Below, in pieces: positions 9,038-18,841 of a DNA stretch of 43,924 bases (positions are counted from its first letter, which is position 1; each line of letters begins with the position of its first letter). The stretch is from a virus (lineage: Duplodnaviria > Caudoviricetes), in IMG/VR virus record IMGVR_UViG_3300043394_000365, positions 1 to 43,924 of that record; one strand, given 5' to 3'. A model generated the notes under the pieces. That model did not search any database. It saw only the letters and a list, made by a program, of their open reading frames with translations, and was not told the DNA's origin. Position numbers and translations under genes: made by a program.

Positions 9038-10567
9038 ATGAAGATGAATCGTTCCATCCTGGCCGTGGTGTTCACCGCCCTGGCCGCTTTCGCCGGTGCC
9101 GCGTTCGCGCAGCCCGACCTGGCCGCTGCCGCCTGGCATGCCGTCACCCAGCACGCCGACATCGGCGCCGCGCTGGCCTGGGGCCCCGTGGTCCTGCAGC
9201 TGGAGCGCCAACGCGCTGCGGCCGTGGATGCCATGCAGTCACTGGTGAGCAAGGCCGAAGGCGAGAACCGCGACCTGAACGACGCCGAGAAGATCGAGTT
9301 CGACAAGCACAAGGCCGAAGCCGACGGGTTCAAGGGCCGCATCGAGCGCGCACGCGAAACCGAACTGCTGGCCGCGGGCCTGAACCGGCCCGACGCCGCC
9401 GCCGCCGCCGCGCAACTGGCGCTGCCCAACGACGGCCGCAGCGTGACCATTCCGGGTGCTCGCATCCTGGGCGTGGTTGAGAACTCGGCCGCCGATCCGC
9501 AGCGCGGCTTCCGCAGCGTGGGCGACTTCTGCATGTCGCTGGTGCACGCCTCGAACGTGCGCACCACCGGTGGCGCCATGGATCAGCGCCTGGCCGCGCT
9601 GTGGGGTGGCGCGCCGAACGCGGCCGCGCCCGGCAGCACCTACGCTGGTGAGGGTGCCGGTGCCGACGGCGGTTTCCTGGTGCCGCCGGCTTTCAGCCAG
9701 CGCATCTTCGGCCTCTCGCTGGAAGAAAACGCGCTTCTGCCCATGACGGACAACATGCCCGTCGAAGGCAACGGCATGTCGCTTCCGAAGGACGAAACCA
9801 CGCCGTGGGGCAGCAACGGCGTGCGCGCCTACTGGCAAGGTGAAGCCACCGCCGGCCAGGCCACCAAGCCGGTGCTGGGCACCACGGACATGAAGCTGAA
9901 GAAGCTGATGGCCCTGGTTCCCATGACGAACGAGCTCCTGGCAGACGCTACCGCCATGTCGGCCTACATCCCGCCGAAGTGCGCCTCCAGCATCCGCTGG
10001 AGGACGGACGAAGCGCTGTTGTTCGGCAACGGTGTTGGCCTGCCGCTGGGTGCCTTCTCGGGCAGTGCGGTGATCACGGTGTCCAAGGAAGGCGGCCAGG
10101 CGGCTGCGACCCTGAACCCGACGAACCTGGCCAAGATGATCTCCCGCCTGATGCCCGGCAGCTACCCGCGTGCCGTGTGGATGATCAACAACGACACGCT
10201 GCCGGCGCTGTTCACCCTGACGCTGGGGAACTACCCGATCTACCTGCCGGCCGGCGCGCCTGTGGGTGGCATCCAGGGTTCGCCCTACGGCTCGCTGATG
10301 GGCCGCCCGATCATGGTGACGCAGCACGCGCCGTCGTTCGGTTCGGTGGGTGACGTGATGCTGGCCGACATGAGCTACTACCAGACCATCACCAAGAGCG
10401 AGGGCATCACCACCGCCACGTCGATGCACCTGTACTTCGACGCTGACGCGATCGCCTTCCGTGCGACGTTCCGCGTCGACGGCCAGCCCAAGATCGTGGC
10501 GCCGGTGCAGCCCGCCAAGGGCAGCAACACGCTGTCGCCCTTCGTCCAGCTGGAAGCCCGCGTTTAA
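9038..10567 (+). CDS. HK97-fold major capsid protein with delta domain and N-terminal signal-peptide-like leader
   Basis: GGFLVPP, AYWQGEA, KKLMAL, LLFGNG, LMGRPI, IAFRATFRVDG motifs; coiled coil at aa ~53-110; GGAG RBS. Confidence 0.95.
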   Translation: MKMNRSILAVVFTALAAFAGAAFAQPDLAAAAWHAVTQHADIGAALAWGPVVLQLERQRAAAVDAMQSLVSKAEGENRDLNDAEKIEFDKHKAEADGFKGRIERARETELLAAGLNRPDAAAAAAQLALPNDGRSVTIPGARILGVVENSAADPQRGFRSVGDFCMSLVHASNVRTTGGAMDQRLAALWGGAPNAAAPGSTYAGEGAGADGGFLVPPAFSQRIFGLSLEENALLPMTDNMPVEGNGMSLPKDETTPWGSNGVRAYWQGEATAGQATKPVLGTTDMKLKKLMALVPMTNELLADATAMSAYIPPKCASSIRWRTDEALLFGNGVGLPLGAFSGSAVITVSKEGGQAAATLNPTNLAKMISRLMPGSYPRAVWMINNDTLPALFTLTLGNYPIYLPAGAPVGGIQGSPYGSLMGRPIMVTQHAPSFGSVGDVMLADMSYYQTITKSEGITTATSMHLYFDADAIAFRATFRVDGQPKIVAPVQPAKGSNTLSPFVQLEARV

Positions 10568-10641
10568 GCGGGTGACCCAGCAGCCGCGGTGCATCTCCGC
10601 GCCGCGGCTCTCCAACCCATTTCCTGAAGGAACCTTTCACC

Positions 10642-11091
10642 ATGAGCGACATGAACATCCGCTTCTCGGAAGCGAACGCGGTCCTTGCGACCATCAACCC
10701 GGTCAGCCAAGGCGCTGGCACGGCCGTCAGCGGCTGGATCCCGGTGGCCAACTTCCACCGCATCGTGGCCCTGCTGTCCGTCGGTGTCTTTGGCGCTTCG
10801 GCGACCGTCGACGCCAAGTTCCAGCAGGCCACCAGCGCTGCGGGCGCGGGCGCCAAGGACATCACCGGCAAGGCGATCACGCAGATGCTGGCGGCCGGTG
10901 GCAACAACCGGCAAGCCGAGATCGAGATCACCGGTGCTGACCTGGACGTGAACGGCGGCTTCTCGCACGTGCAGTTCAGCGTGACCGTGGCCACCGCTGC
11001 GACGCTGATCTCTGCCGTGGTGCTGGGCGCGGATCCGCGCTACCAGACCGCCGCCGCGTTCAACCAGGCCGGCGTGGCGCAGCTGGTCTGA
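10642..11091 (+). CDS. Putative capsid decoration/cement protein
   Basis: 149-aa beta-rich protein directly after capsid, AAGGA RBS. Confidence 0.6.
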   Translation: MSDMNIRFSEANAVLATINPVSQGAGTAVSGWIPVANFHRIVALLSVGVFGASATVDAKFQQATSAAGAGAKDITGKAITQMLAAGGNNRQAEIEITGADLDVNGGFSHVQFSVTVATAATLISAVVLGADPRYQTAAAFNQAGVAQLV

Positions 11092-11115
11092 GTTTCCAGC
11101 CTTCGCAGGCTGCCT

Positions 11116-11150
11116 GCGGCCCCGGCCTTGCGGCTGGGGCCGCTCTTCTT
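11116..11150 (+). terminator. Terminator-like hairpin after head genes
   Basis: GCGGCCCCGGCC-ttgc-GGCTGGGGCCGC followed by TCTTCTT. Confidence 0.55.
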
Positions 11151-11161
11151 GGAGACGCTGA

Positions 11162-11461
11162 ATGAAGAAGGTCAAGATCCGCAACAACGTGTGGGACACC
11201 AACGGCGGCGGAAACCCGTTCGTGGTGTTCGCCGCCGGCGAGCTCTACGAGCAGAACCCGCAGTCGAATCTGCAGGTGACGCTGGGCAACGCCGAACTGG
11301 TCGACGTGGAAGACGAGAAGCCCGCAGAACCTGCCGCGCCGGCCCCGGCTCCCGCGCCGGCCGAAGCGCCCGCGCCTGCTGCCGAAGCCGCGCCGGCCGA
11401 AGCGCCCGCGGCCGAGCCTGCTCCCGCCACCAAGGCCGCCAAGGCCAAGCCGGCCGCCTGA
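11162..11461 (+). CDS. Small protein with Ala/Pro/Glu low-complexity tail
   Basis: GGAG RBS; PAEAPA repeats; typical position between capsid and connector. Confidence 0.75.
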   Translation: MKKVKIRNNVWDTNGGGNPFVVFAAGELYEQNPQSNLQVTLGNAELVDVEDEKPAEPAAPAPAPAPAEAPAPAAEAAPAEAPAAEPAPATKAAKAKPAA

Positions 11462-11466
11462 AGATC

Positions 11467-12054
11467 ATGCGCATCGTCCGCACCGCCGCGCCCAGCATCG
11501 AGCCCGTGACCGTGGCCGAAGCGAAAGTGCACCTGGAGCACTTCGACGTGGTGCACGACGCGATGCTGGCGCTGCTGATCACGGCCGCCCGTGAGTACGC
11601 GGAAGGCTACTGCGGCCGGTCGTTCATCACCCAGTCTTGGCGCGGCGTGATGGACGCTTTCCCATGCGATTGCATCGAGATCGAGCGCAGCCCGCTGATC
11701 GCGGTGCAGAGCATCGCCTACCGTGACATGGCCGGCGCGGTGCAGACCATCGCATCGCCGGCGCTGCCCGAGTGGGTGATCGACACCAGCGGCGAGATCC
11801 CGCGCATTGCGCCAGGCTTCGGCTACACGTGGCCCAACACCTTGCCGCAGATCGGCGCCGTGCAGGTGAACTACACCGCCGGCTTTGGCCCCACCGCCGC
11901 CGACGTTCCGGCCGTGGTGCGCAACTGGATCATGGTGCGCGTCAACACCATGTTCGAGAACCGCGAAGAAGTCGCGGTGCTGCAGCGCGGCAGCGTGACG
12001 CCGCTGGCGCACATCGACCGGCTTCTCGATCCCGTGGCGATCCAGCGGGCCTGA
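11467..12054 (+). CDS. Head-tail connector (HK97 gp6/phiE125 gp8-like)
   Basis: EPVTVAEAKVHL, LITAAREYAEGYCGRSFITQ, VNYTAGFG..VP, FENRE motifs. Confidence 0.92.
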   Translation: MRIVRTAAPSIEPVTVAEAKVHLEHFDVVHDAMLALLITAAREYAEGYCGRSFITQSWRGVMDAFPCDCIEIERSPLIAVQSIAYRDMAGAVQTIASPALPEWVIDTSGEIPRIAPGFGYTWPNTLPQIGAVQVNYTAGFGPTAADVPAVVRNWIMVRVNTMFENREEVAVLQRGSVTPLAHIDRLLDPVAIQRA

Positions 12055-12057
12055 TCC

Positions 12058-12660
12058 ATGCGCCGCCCCTCAGACCTGCGCCGCCGCTTGGTGCTGCAGC
12101 AGCGCAGCGCATTGCAGGACACCGGTGGCCAGCGCCTGCGGGTGTGGACCGACTACCTGGCCGGCGTCACCATCGGCGCGGCCAAGACCATCACGGCCGC
12201 GACGCCGGGCGCCACGACGCTGCTGGCATGCGCGGCGCACGGCTTCGTCGAAGGCCAACTGATCACGCTGGCGGGCATCACCAACATGCCAGGCCTGCCG
12301 TGCACATTCGGCGTGCTGGCGCCGAGCACCGACGCTTTCTCGGTGCGCCTGAACACCGCGGGCCTGACGCTCACGCCAGCCAGCGCCACCGCAACGCCCG
12401 TTTCCGGCGTGCCAGCGGCGCTCGAGCCCCTGTCGGGCCGCGAGACGTATGAGGCCAGCGAACTGCAGGCCGCGCTGACGCACCGCATCGCCATGCGCTA
12501 CCACACGCAGCTGATCGACCCGATCAAGGTGTCGGCGCTTCGCGCGGTGTTCGTGCAAGGCGCGGTGACGCGCATCTTCAACTTGAGCCCAGCCGTCAAC
12601 GCGGATTCGCGCGACCGCTGGCTCACCGTCATGGCCTCAGAAGGCCTGGCCGAAGGGTGA
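12058..12660 (+). CDS. Head-closure protein (SPP1 gp16-like) with internal FCCH-like insertion
   Basis: LRRRLVLQ..QDTGG..W at the N-terminus; LEPLSGRE..THRIAMRY..ASEG at the C-terminus; ~75 extra aa between them. Confidence 0.85.
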   Translation: MRRPSDLRRRLVLQQRSALQDTGGQRLRVWTDYLAGVTIGAAKTITAATPGATTLLACAAHGFVEGQLITLAGITNMPGLPCTFGVLAPSTDAFSVRLNTAGLTLTPASATATPVSGVPAALEPLSGRETYEASELQAALTHRIAMRYHTQLIDPIKVSALRAVFVQGAVTRIFNLSPAVNADSRDRWLTVMASEGLAEG

Positions 12661-12664
12661 TTCG

Positions 12665-15600
12665 ATGATCCCGCGCGAAGTGACGTACAGCACGCTCGGC
12701 ACCAGCATCACGGGTGGGCCTGTTGCCGCGCCACCCCCGCCCCCGCCGCCGGCCGCGACTCAACTGACCTTGAGCATCGCGCCGAGCACCGGCACCACCG
12801 GCGGCACTACCGCGACCGTCACCGTCACGCCCAACGGCCCCATCGCCACCACCGGCACGGCCAGCCTGGGCCTGTCGGGTGGCGGCACGCTGGGCGCGGC
12901 CACGCTGAACTTCACCGCCGGCAGCAGTGCGCCGCAAAGCACCACGCTCACCCGCAGCGCTGACGGCACCAGCACCGTGGCGCTGACTAACAGCATGGGC
13001 TTGGCCAACGCCGGCACGCCGGCCATGTTTGCCACCACCGGCGCCGCCCCGCCACCACCCGCGCCCAGCATCGGCCTGACCGCCGCATCACCCGCCAGCG
13101 GCCAGGTGGGCGTGCAGTCGGGCGACATGACGGTGTCGTGGGCCAACCTTGCTTCGGCCATCACCATCACGCCCAGCGTGGCGCCAGGCCCTGGCACGCT
13201 GTCGCAGACCAGCATCAGCGCAGGCCCTGGCAACGGCAGCGCAGCGCTACGGCTGACGCCGCTGGCGGCGCTGGTGCACACCATCAGCCTGGCCAACAAC
13301 GGCGGGGTGGGCAACCCGACGCCGGTGCTGTACACGGCCACGCCTGCGCCTAGCCCGGGGCCGACGCCGCCCCCCCCTCCCGCAGGCCAAGCCACCGGCA
13401 CCGCCGTGGTCGATGTCGTCAGCGTGGTGCCTGTCCCTGAGACTTTCGGCGCGTCGCTGTGGTCCGGGTCAAAGCCATGGACTTGCGGCCTGTTGTTCCG
13501 GCGCGGTGCCTGTCCGGCTGGCTACACGCCAGGCGCACACGATGGGTCGGTGCAAGTGGACCGCCTCACGACCTGGGACGACGGATCTCTCAAGTTCGCA
13601 CGCGCCTCGGGCGTCACTACGGCGGCAGAAATCCCCATCCTTACGCGCGGCACGCCAGCCACCGGCGCCAACGTCGCAGAGCCCAGCATTGACGCCGTGG
13701 TCGGCTTCAGCAGTGTGGTGGACGCCAGTGCGGCGGCCGTGGCTGGTGGCAACTTCTCGGCCAGCCTTGCCGATGCACGCGCTGCTGGTGCAACCGCCTG
13801 GAACCGCGCCACGCCTCGCCTGGTGCGTTCGATGCCAGGCCCAATTTGCAGCGAGTTCCACTACTACGTGCCGACCGCAGACGCGCACTTGGCGGTGTGG
13901 TTCTTTGTGCGCGCCTACTTGTCAGGTGACACCGAAGTCGAAACCGTCATTGAGAACGGCTGGGCGCTGGTTGCAAGTCCTGGCAGTCGAGCCTATGACG
14001 TAACCGTGAGCGTAGGCGGCAGCACGCGCTACACCGGAACGGGCTTGGTGCAGTACCACCACACGCGCTGGAGTCGCGTCGATTGGGTCGGCGCCGATCC
14101 TGTTTCGGCAATGGTGCAGGCGCCAGCCAGCCTGCGCGCCACCGGCCTGGTCCCTGCACTGGGTGTCGATTCGCTGGACGCTGCGGCGTACACCAGCTAT
14201 CCGCAGACTGGCACCAAGCACAGCGCTTCAACGCGCGACCTGGCAGACCGGCCTGTACCGTTTTCCATCGCCAACATCGACCCTGCGCTCGGCAGTGGCG
14301 GCGACACCGACATGTATGGGCCGATCCCTGAGTGGATGGGTACATGGCTGATCGAAGGCCACGCCGGGGCCTATTGGACTTGCATCGCCAACGCCCGCGC
14401 AGTCGGCCGCTACGGCTTGCACCACCGCGACGAAGACGATGGCCGCCCGGTGCGCGGCACCTACCGCACCACGCTAATCATCAACGACATCAACTCGGGC
14501 ATGAGCCCGAACTACAGCGGGTCCACCAAGACGCCAACCCCTACCGGCAGTGCGCCGCCATCTTGGACCTACTCGCACAGCCCGGCCGCTGCCTTTGCTG
14601 GCGCACTGATGACCGCCCGGTGGTCTTTCATCGAACAGGTGCAGTTCCAGTCGTCCACGGCCGACATGTGCTTCAACAGCAACTTCAAGAGCGGCGCGCG
14701 CATCATCGAGTGGTACGACCAGAACCGGGTCATCGGCTGGATGATGCGCGACCGCGCACATGCCGAAGCCATCACGCCCAGCGTTCTGAACGGCGCGACG
14801 CTCACCACCGGTGAGGACTTCAATCAGCGCGCCGAAACCGTCTTGCGCATCGAAGCGCAGATGGCCGAATGGCAAGACCTGTACGTGGCTGGCAGCGGCA
14901 CGGGCGTGCAGTACAGCGCACGAGCCAATGCACTGGGTGCGCCGTACCAGGCGGCGGACTTTGACCACTACGGCAGCACGCTGGACGGCTTGCACGGCTA
15001 TGGGGGCCTGCAGAACGGCATTTACCTCACGGGCGCCTTCTACTTGTTCAACAGCCGCCCAAGCATCGGCGGCACGGCGCAGACCCGCATGAATGCGGTG
15101 ATGGAGCACCTAGCCAAGTACCCAGTGGGCTTGCTGGGCGCAACCCCCGGCGCGACCCGGGACTGGCGCGTCTTTGCGCACGTCACCATCCCCATTGGAA
15201 CTCCAGGCTTTGACGGCTCGGACACGCCAGCCACCACCTACTACAGCAGCTGGGAAACCCAGTACACCCAACAGCAGAGCGTGCGCGCTTGGGAAGCTGG
15301 CACGTGGCCGTTGACGGCGGGCAGCGACACCAACCTTCGCAAGATCGAGGCAAACCCTGCGGGCACCGCGCTGCGGCTGCGCGCGCTCACCAGCTTTGGC
15401 AGCGACACCGACCTGATTGCCCTTTGTTGGGCGGCGAACCAAATGCACGAGGCGGCGGGCCGCCTCACCGTAGCAGGCGCCGACCTGGCCATCCAGCGGC
15501 TGCTGACCAGCGGCACGTGGGCCAACGGCGTGGCCAACCTGTTCCGGCAGCGCCCGATTCTGTCGGCCAAGACACCGCGCGACCTACCAAGCTGGGTGCC

Positions 15601-16789
15601 TGCAACGATTGGCGAAGCGGCCCTGGTGCCAATGACGAACACGCTGGATGCGGTGTGGTCCGAGACTCCCCCGATGTTGAACGCGGGAGCGGGGGCTAAC
15701 GAGATTGCCGACTTCTCGGGCGGCCCCTACAACCGATACGCAGGACGCTGGGGCGTTCATGTCCTTCACGGTACAGGGCACTCGTCCAGCCACAACAACG
15801 GGGTGTACGGAGCCGACTACAACGACTTGACCTTCAAGGTGCTGCAGGCCCCCACGGTCATCGCTACCGGCAGCACCGGACCCAATCAGTATGACATCAA
15901 CATCATTAACGGCGTGTCGCCCGAGACGTTCCCGGATGATCCTTCCAACCCGCGCGAGGTGGCGACCGGCGTGCCTGGATCGGCGCACACCTACGACACA
16001 ATGGTGGTCCTGCCGCCGCCGCTGGCGGGCGATGCGCGCGGGGCTCTGCTGCGCGGTGTTTCTGGCGCGGTGGGCTTCTCGTCGTCGCGTGATTCTGGAT
16101 GGTCGCATGCGTATCGCTTCAACGCTGCGCAGTGGTCACGCTGGTCCACCAACTTCAAGGCTGGTTCGTCGGCGGCAGGCGGATCATTTGTGATGGATCA
16201 CACGCGAGCACGCGGCTGGCCGATCATCCCGGGCAATTCGGGAAATGGCTTTTTGAACCTTGTCACGCGCACTTGGACGAGCACGGGCGACACTCTTAGC
16301 GCCAATTCCTACCCGGATCTGTTTCAGTCCGCTTACGTGGACGACCGCGACATCGTGGTGGTTGCGCGCCAGGGCACTGGCAGCGACGTGGCTGGCCCAG
16401 TGTCCCTGTTCTACCAAGCAGCTGGCGCCACCGTGCCAACGCGAATTGCGCCGACCCTGAGTGCCACCCTGGCCAATGACGGCAGCTATTCGCAGGCATC
16501 GCTGGTGTATGTGCCCGCTCTCCGCCGCCTCATCTGGTACTGCTTCGATGGCGCCCCCGACCAGTACCAAGAGATCGAGATCCCGGCGACGCTGACCGAC
16601 ACATGGAACGTGACGTCCAAGAGCATCACCGGCGCCGGGCGGCCTTCGCTGTTGGCAGAAGGCCCGAGCCCCTGGCTTTACAAGCGGTTTGACTACGCGC
16701 CTCAGCTTCGGTCGCTCATGTGGGTGCTCGGTCGCCCGCAAGAAACATCCGGCTTTGGCAATCGCGTGATCTGCATTCGCATCCATTAA
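12665..16789 (+). CDS. 1374-aa multidomain protein: two Ig-like domains, polysaccharide-lyase-like core, C-terminal beta-propeller
   Basis: Poly-Pro linkers; T.G..F..G..Q...WDDGSLKFA resembles the N-terminal domain of PcRGLX/PL26-type lyases; GTGH..NNGVY and P.SAHTYD propeller-like motifs. Function is inferred. Confidence 0.6.
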   Translation: MIPREVTYSTLGTSITGGPVAAPPPPPPPAATQLTLSIAPSTGTTGGTTATVTVTPNGPIATTGTASLGLSGGGTLGAATLNFTAGSSAPQSTTLTRSADGTSTVALTNSMGLANAGTPAMFATTGAAPPPPAPSIGLTAASPASGQVGVQSGDMTVSWANLASAITITPSVAPGPGTLSQTSISAGPGNGSAALRLTPLAALVHTISLANNGGVGNPTPVLYTATPAPSPGPTPPPPPAGQATGTAVVDVVSVVPVPETFGASLWSGSKPWTCGLLFRRGACPAGYTPGAHDGSVQVDRLTTWDDGSLKFARASGVTTAAEIPILTRGTPATGANVAEPSIDAVVGFSSVVDASAAAVAGGNFSASLADARAAGATAWNRATPRLVRSMPGPICSEFHYYVPTADAHLAVWFFVRAYLSGDTEVETVIENGWALVASPGSRAYDVTVSVGGSTRYTGTGLVQYHHTRWSRVDWVGADPVSAMVQAPASLRATGLVPALGVDSLDAAAYTSYPQTGTKHSASTRDLADRPVPFSIANIDPALGSGGDTDMYGPIPEWMGTWLIEGHAGAYWTCIANARAVGRYGLHHRDEDDGRPVRGTYRTTLIINDINSGMSPNYSGSTKTPTPTGSAPPSWTYSHSPAAAFAGALMTARWSFIEQVQFQSSTADMCFNSNFKSGARIIEWYDQNRVIGWMMRDRAHAEAITPSVLNGATLTTGEDFNQRAETVLRIEAQMAEWQDLYVAGSGTGVQYSARANALGAPYQAADFDHYGSTLDGLHGYGGLQNGIYLTGAFYLFNSRPSIGGTAQTRMNAVMEHLAKYPVGLLGATPGATRDWRVFAHVTIPIGTPGFDGSDTPATTYYSSWETQYTQQQSVRAWEAGTWPLTAGSDTNLRKIEANPAGTALRLRALTSFGSDTDLIALCWAANQMHEAAGRLTVAGADLAIQRLLTSGTWANGVANLFRQRPILSAKTPRDLPSWVPATIGEAALVPMTNTLDAVWSETPPMLNAGAGANEIADFSGGPYNRYAGRWGVHVLHGTGHSSSHNNGVYGADYNDLTFKVLQAPTVIATGSTGPNQYDINIINGVSPETFPDDPSNPREVATGVPGSAHTYDTMVVLPPPLAGDARGALLRGVSGAVGFSSSRDSGWSHAYRFNAAQWSRWSTNFKAGSSAAGGSFVMDHTRARGWPIIPGNSGNGFLNLVTRTWTSTGDTLSANSYPDLFQSAYVDDRDIVVVARQGTGSDVAGPVSLFYQAAGATVPTRIAPTLSATLANDGSYSQASLVYVPALRRLIWYCFDGAPDQYQEIEIPATLTDTWNVTSKSITGAGRPSLLAEGPSPWLYKRFDYAPQLRSLMWVLGRPQETSGFGNRVICIRIH

Positions 16790-16798
16790 GGGCACGAC

Positions 16799-18841
16799 AT
16801 GGCTTTCCCAACCCCCGCTGGCACCTCAATCGCAACCGGCGCAGGCTCCGGCAGCAGCGCGTTCGCCCCGAGCTTGGCGGCCCTTGGCGCGGCGTCGCTT
16901 GACCTGCTGGTAGCCATTGCCTATCGAACTGACTCCACCGCAGACTGGCCGGACCCAAGCGGCTGGGATCGCATCGCTACGGCTGCTGGCAACTCGAACC
17001 GCTCCTGGGTGTGGGCCAAAGTTGCGGCGGGCAGCGATACCTTTTCAATCGACCGATCTGCAAGCGCTGGCGCTGTGGCGGTCAACATCCGCCGCTTCAC
17101 CGGGTGGACAGGAGCGACGACGGCATCCGTCGAGGCAACGTTGATCACCGACTTTAGCGGCGACTGGAATCCCCCGAGCGAGACGGCAAGCTGGGGCGCG
17201 GCAGACAATTTGTTTATGACGTTCTTGGGCCGCAACGACCTTGCGGTGTCCGCCTTCCCTGCGGGCTATTCCGGCGACAACCTCAGCGCCTTCAACTCAG
17301 GCGTCTGGGGCGATCTGCGCTCGGCCACAAAGAACAGCACGCTTGCGACCGACGACCCCGCCATGGCCGCGTCTGGTCAAGGTAACTTTTTGCAGGCAGG
17401 GACCATCGTGGTGCGCGGCAGTTCGGCCGGCGACACCACAGCTCCCAGCATCACCAGCACCGGCACAGGCGCCACCAACGGCCCCTTCGCTGTCAACGTG
17501 GGCGAAAACAGCACGGCCGTGGCTATCACGCTCACATCAGACGAAGCCTTGGGCACGGTCACCAAGGGCGGCGCAGACGGCGCCCTGTTCACGCTTGCCG
17601 GCAGTGGCCTCACGCGCACGCTGGCGCCCACGGCGGCCTTCGACTTTGAAAGCCTGCCGCACGCCAACCCGTTCGTGGTGACGCTGACCTTCGCGGACAC
17701 CGCCACGCCCACGCCGAATGAGCGCACGGTCACGGTCAACTTCACCGTCACCAACGTCAGCGAGCCGCCTTTGGCTCCCACCATCGGCGCGGCCGTCGCG
17801 GGCAACGCTCAGGCCACGGTCAACGGCACCGCGCCCGTCAACACCGGCCGCCCGGCGATCACGGGTTACCGATCAACGGCCACGCCAGGCGGCAGCACGG
17901 TCAGCGGCGCGTCTCTGCCGATCGCACACACGGGCCTGACCAACGGCACGGCCTACACCTTCACGCTCGCGGCGCAGAACGCGGACGGGTTCGGGCCTGA
18001 AAGCGCACCGAGCAACAGTGTCACGCCCACCGCGCCCGCGCCAGGCCCGACGATCGACACCCAGCCAACCAACCAGACCGCCAAGGTCGGCGCTTCGGCC
18101 ACGTTCACGGTGGCGGCCACCTCAAGCGGCGGCGCGCTGGCCTACCAGTGGCGCCTGGGTGGCACGCCGATCAGCGGCGCCAACAGCGCCAGCTACACGC
18201 GCACCGGCGTCGCGCTGGGCGACCACGGCGCCGCGTTCACCTGCGCGGTCACCGACAGCAACGGCACCACGGTCAGCAGCGCCGCCACGCTGACGGTGGC
18301 CGTCACTTTCGCCGGCACGGTGCCTGACTTCACGGGCACCGCGGGCAGCAGCAGCAGCATCGACTTGTCGAGCTACTTCTCGGGCGGCTTGTCGCGCACG
18401 TTCGCGGTGCTTTCGGGCTCGATGCCGACGGGCCTCACGCAAGTTGGCAGCACGGCCGTGTGGACTGGCACGCTGGGTGCTGCCGGAAGCGGCAGCTTCG
18501 TGGTGCGCGCCACCGACTCGGCAACGAACACCGATGTCACCAACACGGTGAACTGGGTGATCGGTCTGACCACGCCGGGCACCGTCACAAGCAGCGTGCT
18601 CAAGAACAACGACGGCTGGATCTTCGCCAACGTCAGCGGCATCAGCTGCTTCGCACGCAACCCGACGACGGGCGCGGACGTGCTGCTGAAGACCGGCCTC
18701 AGCAGCAACGGTTCGGGTGTTGTCTCGTTCGCCGATGCAGCGCTGGCGCAGAACACCGACTACGAACTGCGCTGGAAGGTTCCTGACCCTGAGTTCCCGA
18801 CGCACGGCGCCAACGGCTGGGAAATCGTGAGGTCGACGTGA
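16799..18841 (+). CDS. Ig-domain-array structural protein (cadherin-like, FN3, I-set, He_PIG-like)
   Basis: DTTAPSITS..FDFE; GLTNGTAYTFTLAAQN..G.GPES; QPTNQT..YQW..ISGANSASYT..C; GSMPTGL. Confidence 0.85.
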   Translation: MAFPTPAGTSIATGAGSGSSAFAPSLAALGAASLDLLVAIAYRTDSTADWPDPSGWDRIATAAGNSNRSWVWAKVAAGSDTFSIDRSASAGAVAVNIRRFTGWTGATTASVEATLITDFSGDWNPPSETASWGAADNLFMTFLGRNDLAVSAFPAGYSGDNLSAFNSGVWGDLRSATKNSTLATDDPAMAASGQGNFLQAGTIVVRGSSAGDTTAPSITSTGTGATNGPFAVNVGENSTAVAITLTSDEALGTVTKGGADGALFTLAGSGLTRTLAPTAAFDFESLPHANPFVVTLTFADTATPTPNERTVTVNFTVTNVSEPPLAPTIGAAVAGNAQATVNGTAPVNTGRPAITGYRSTATPGGSTVSGASLPIAHTGLTNGTAYTFTLAAQNADGFGPESAPSNSVTPTAPAPGPTIDTQPTNQTAKVGASATFTVAATSSGGALAYQWRLGGTPISGANSASYTRTGVALGDHGAAFTCAVTDSNGTTVSSAATLTVAVTFAGTVPDFTGTAGSSSSIDLSSYFSGGLSRTFAVLSGSMPTGLTQVGSTAVWTGTLGAAGSGSFVVRATDSATNTDVTNTVNWVIGLTTPGTVTSSVLKNNDGWIFANVSGISCFARNPTTGADVLLKTGLSSNGSGVVSFADAALAQNTDYELRWKVPDPEFPTHGANGWEIVRST

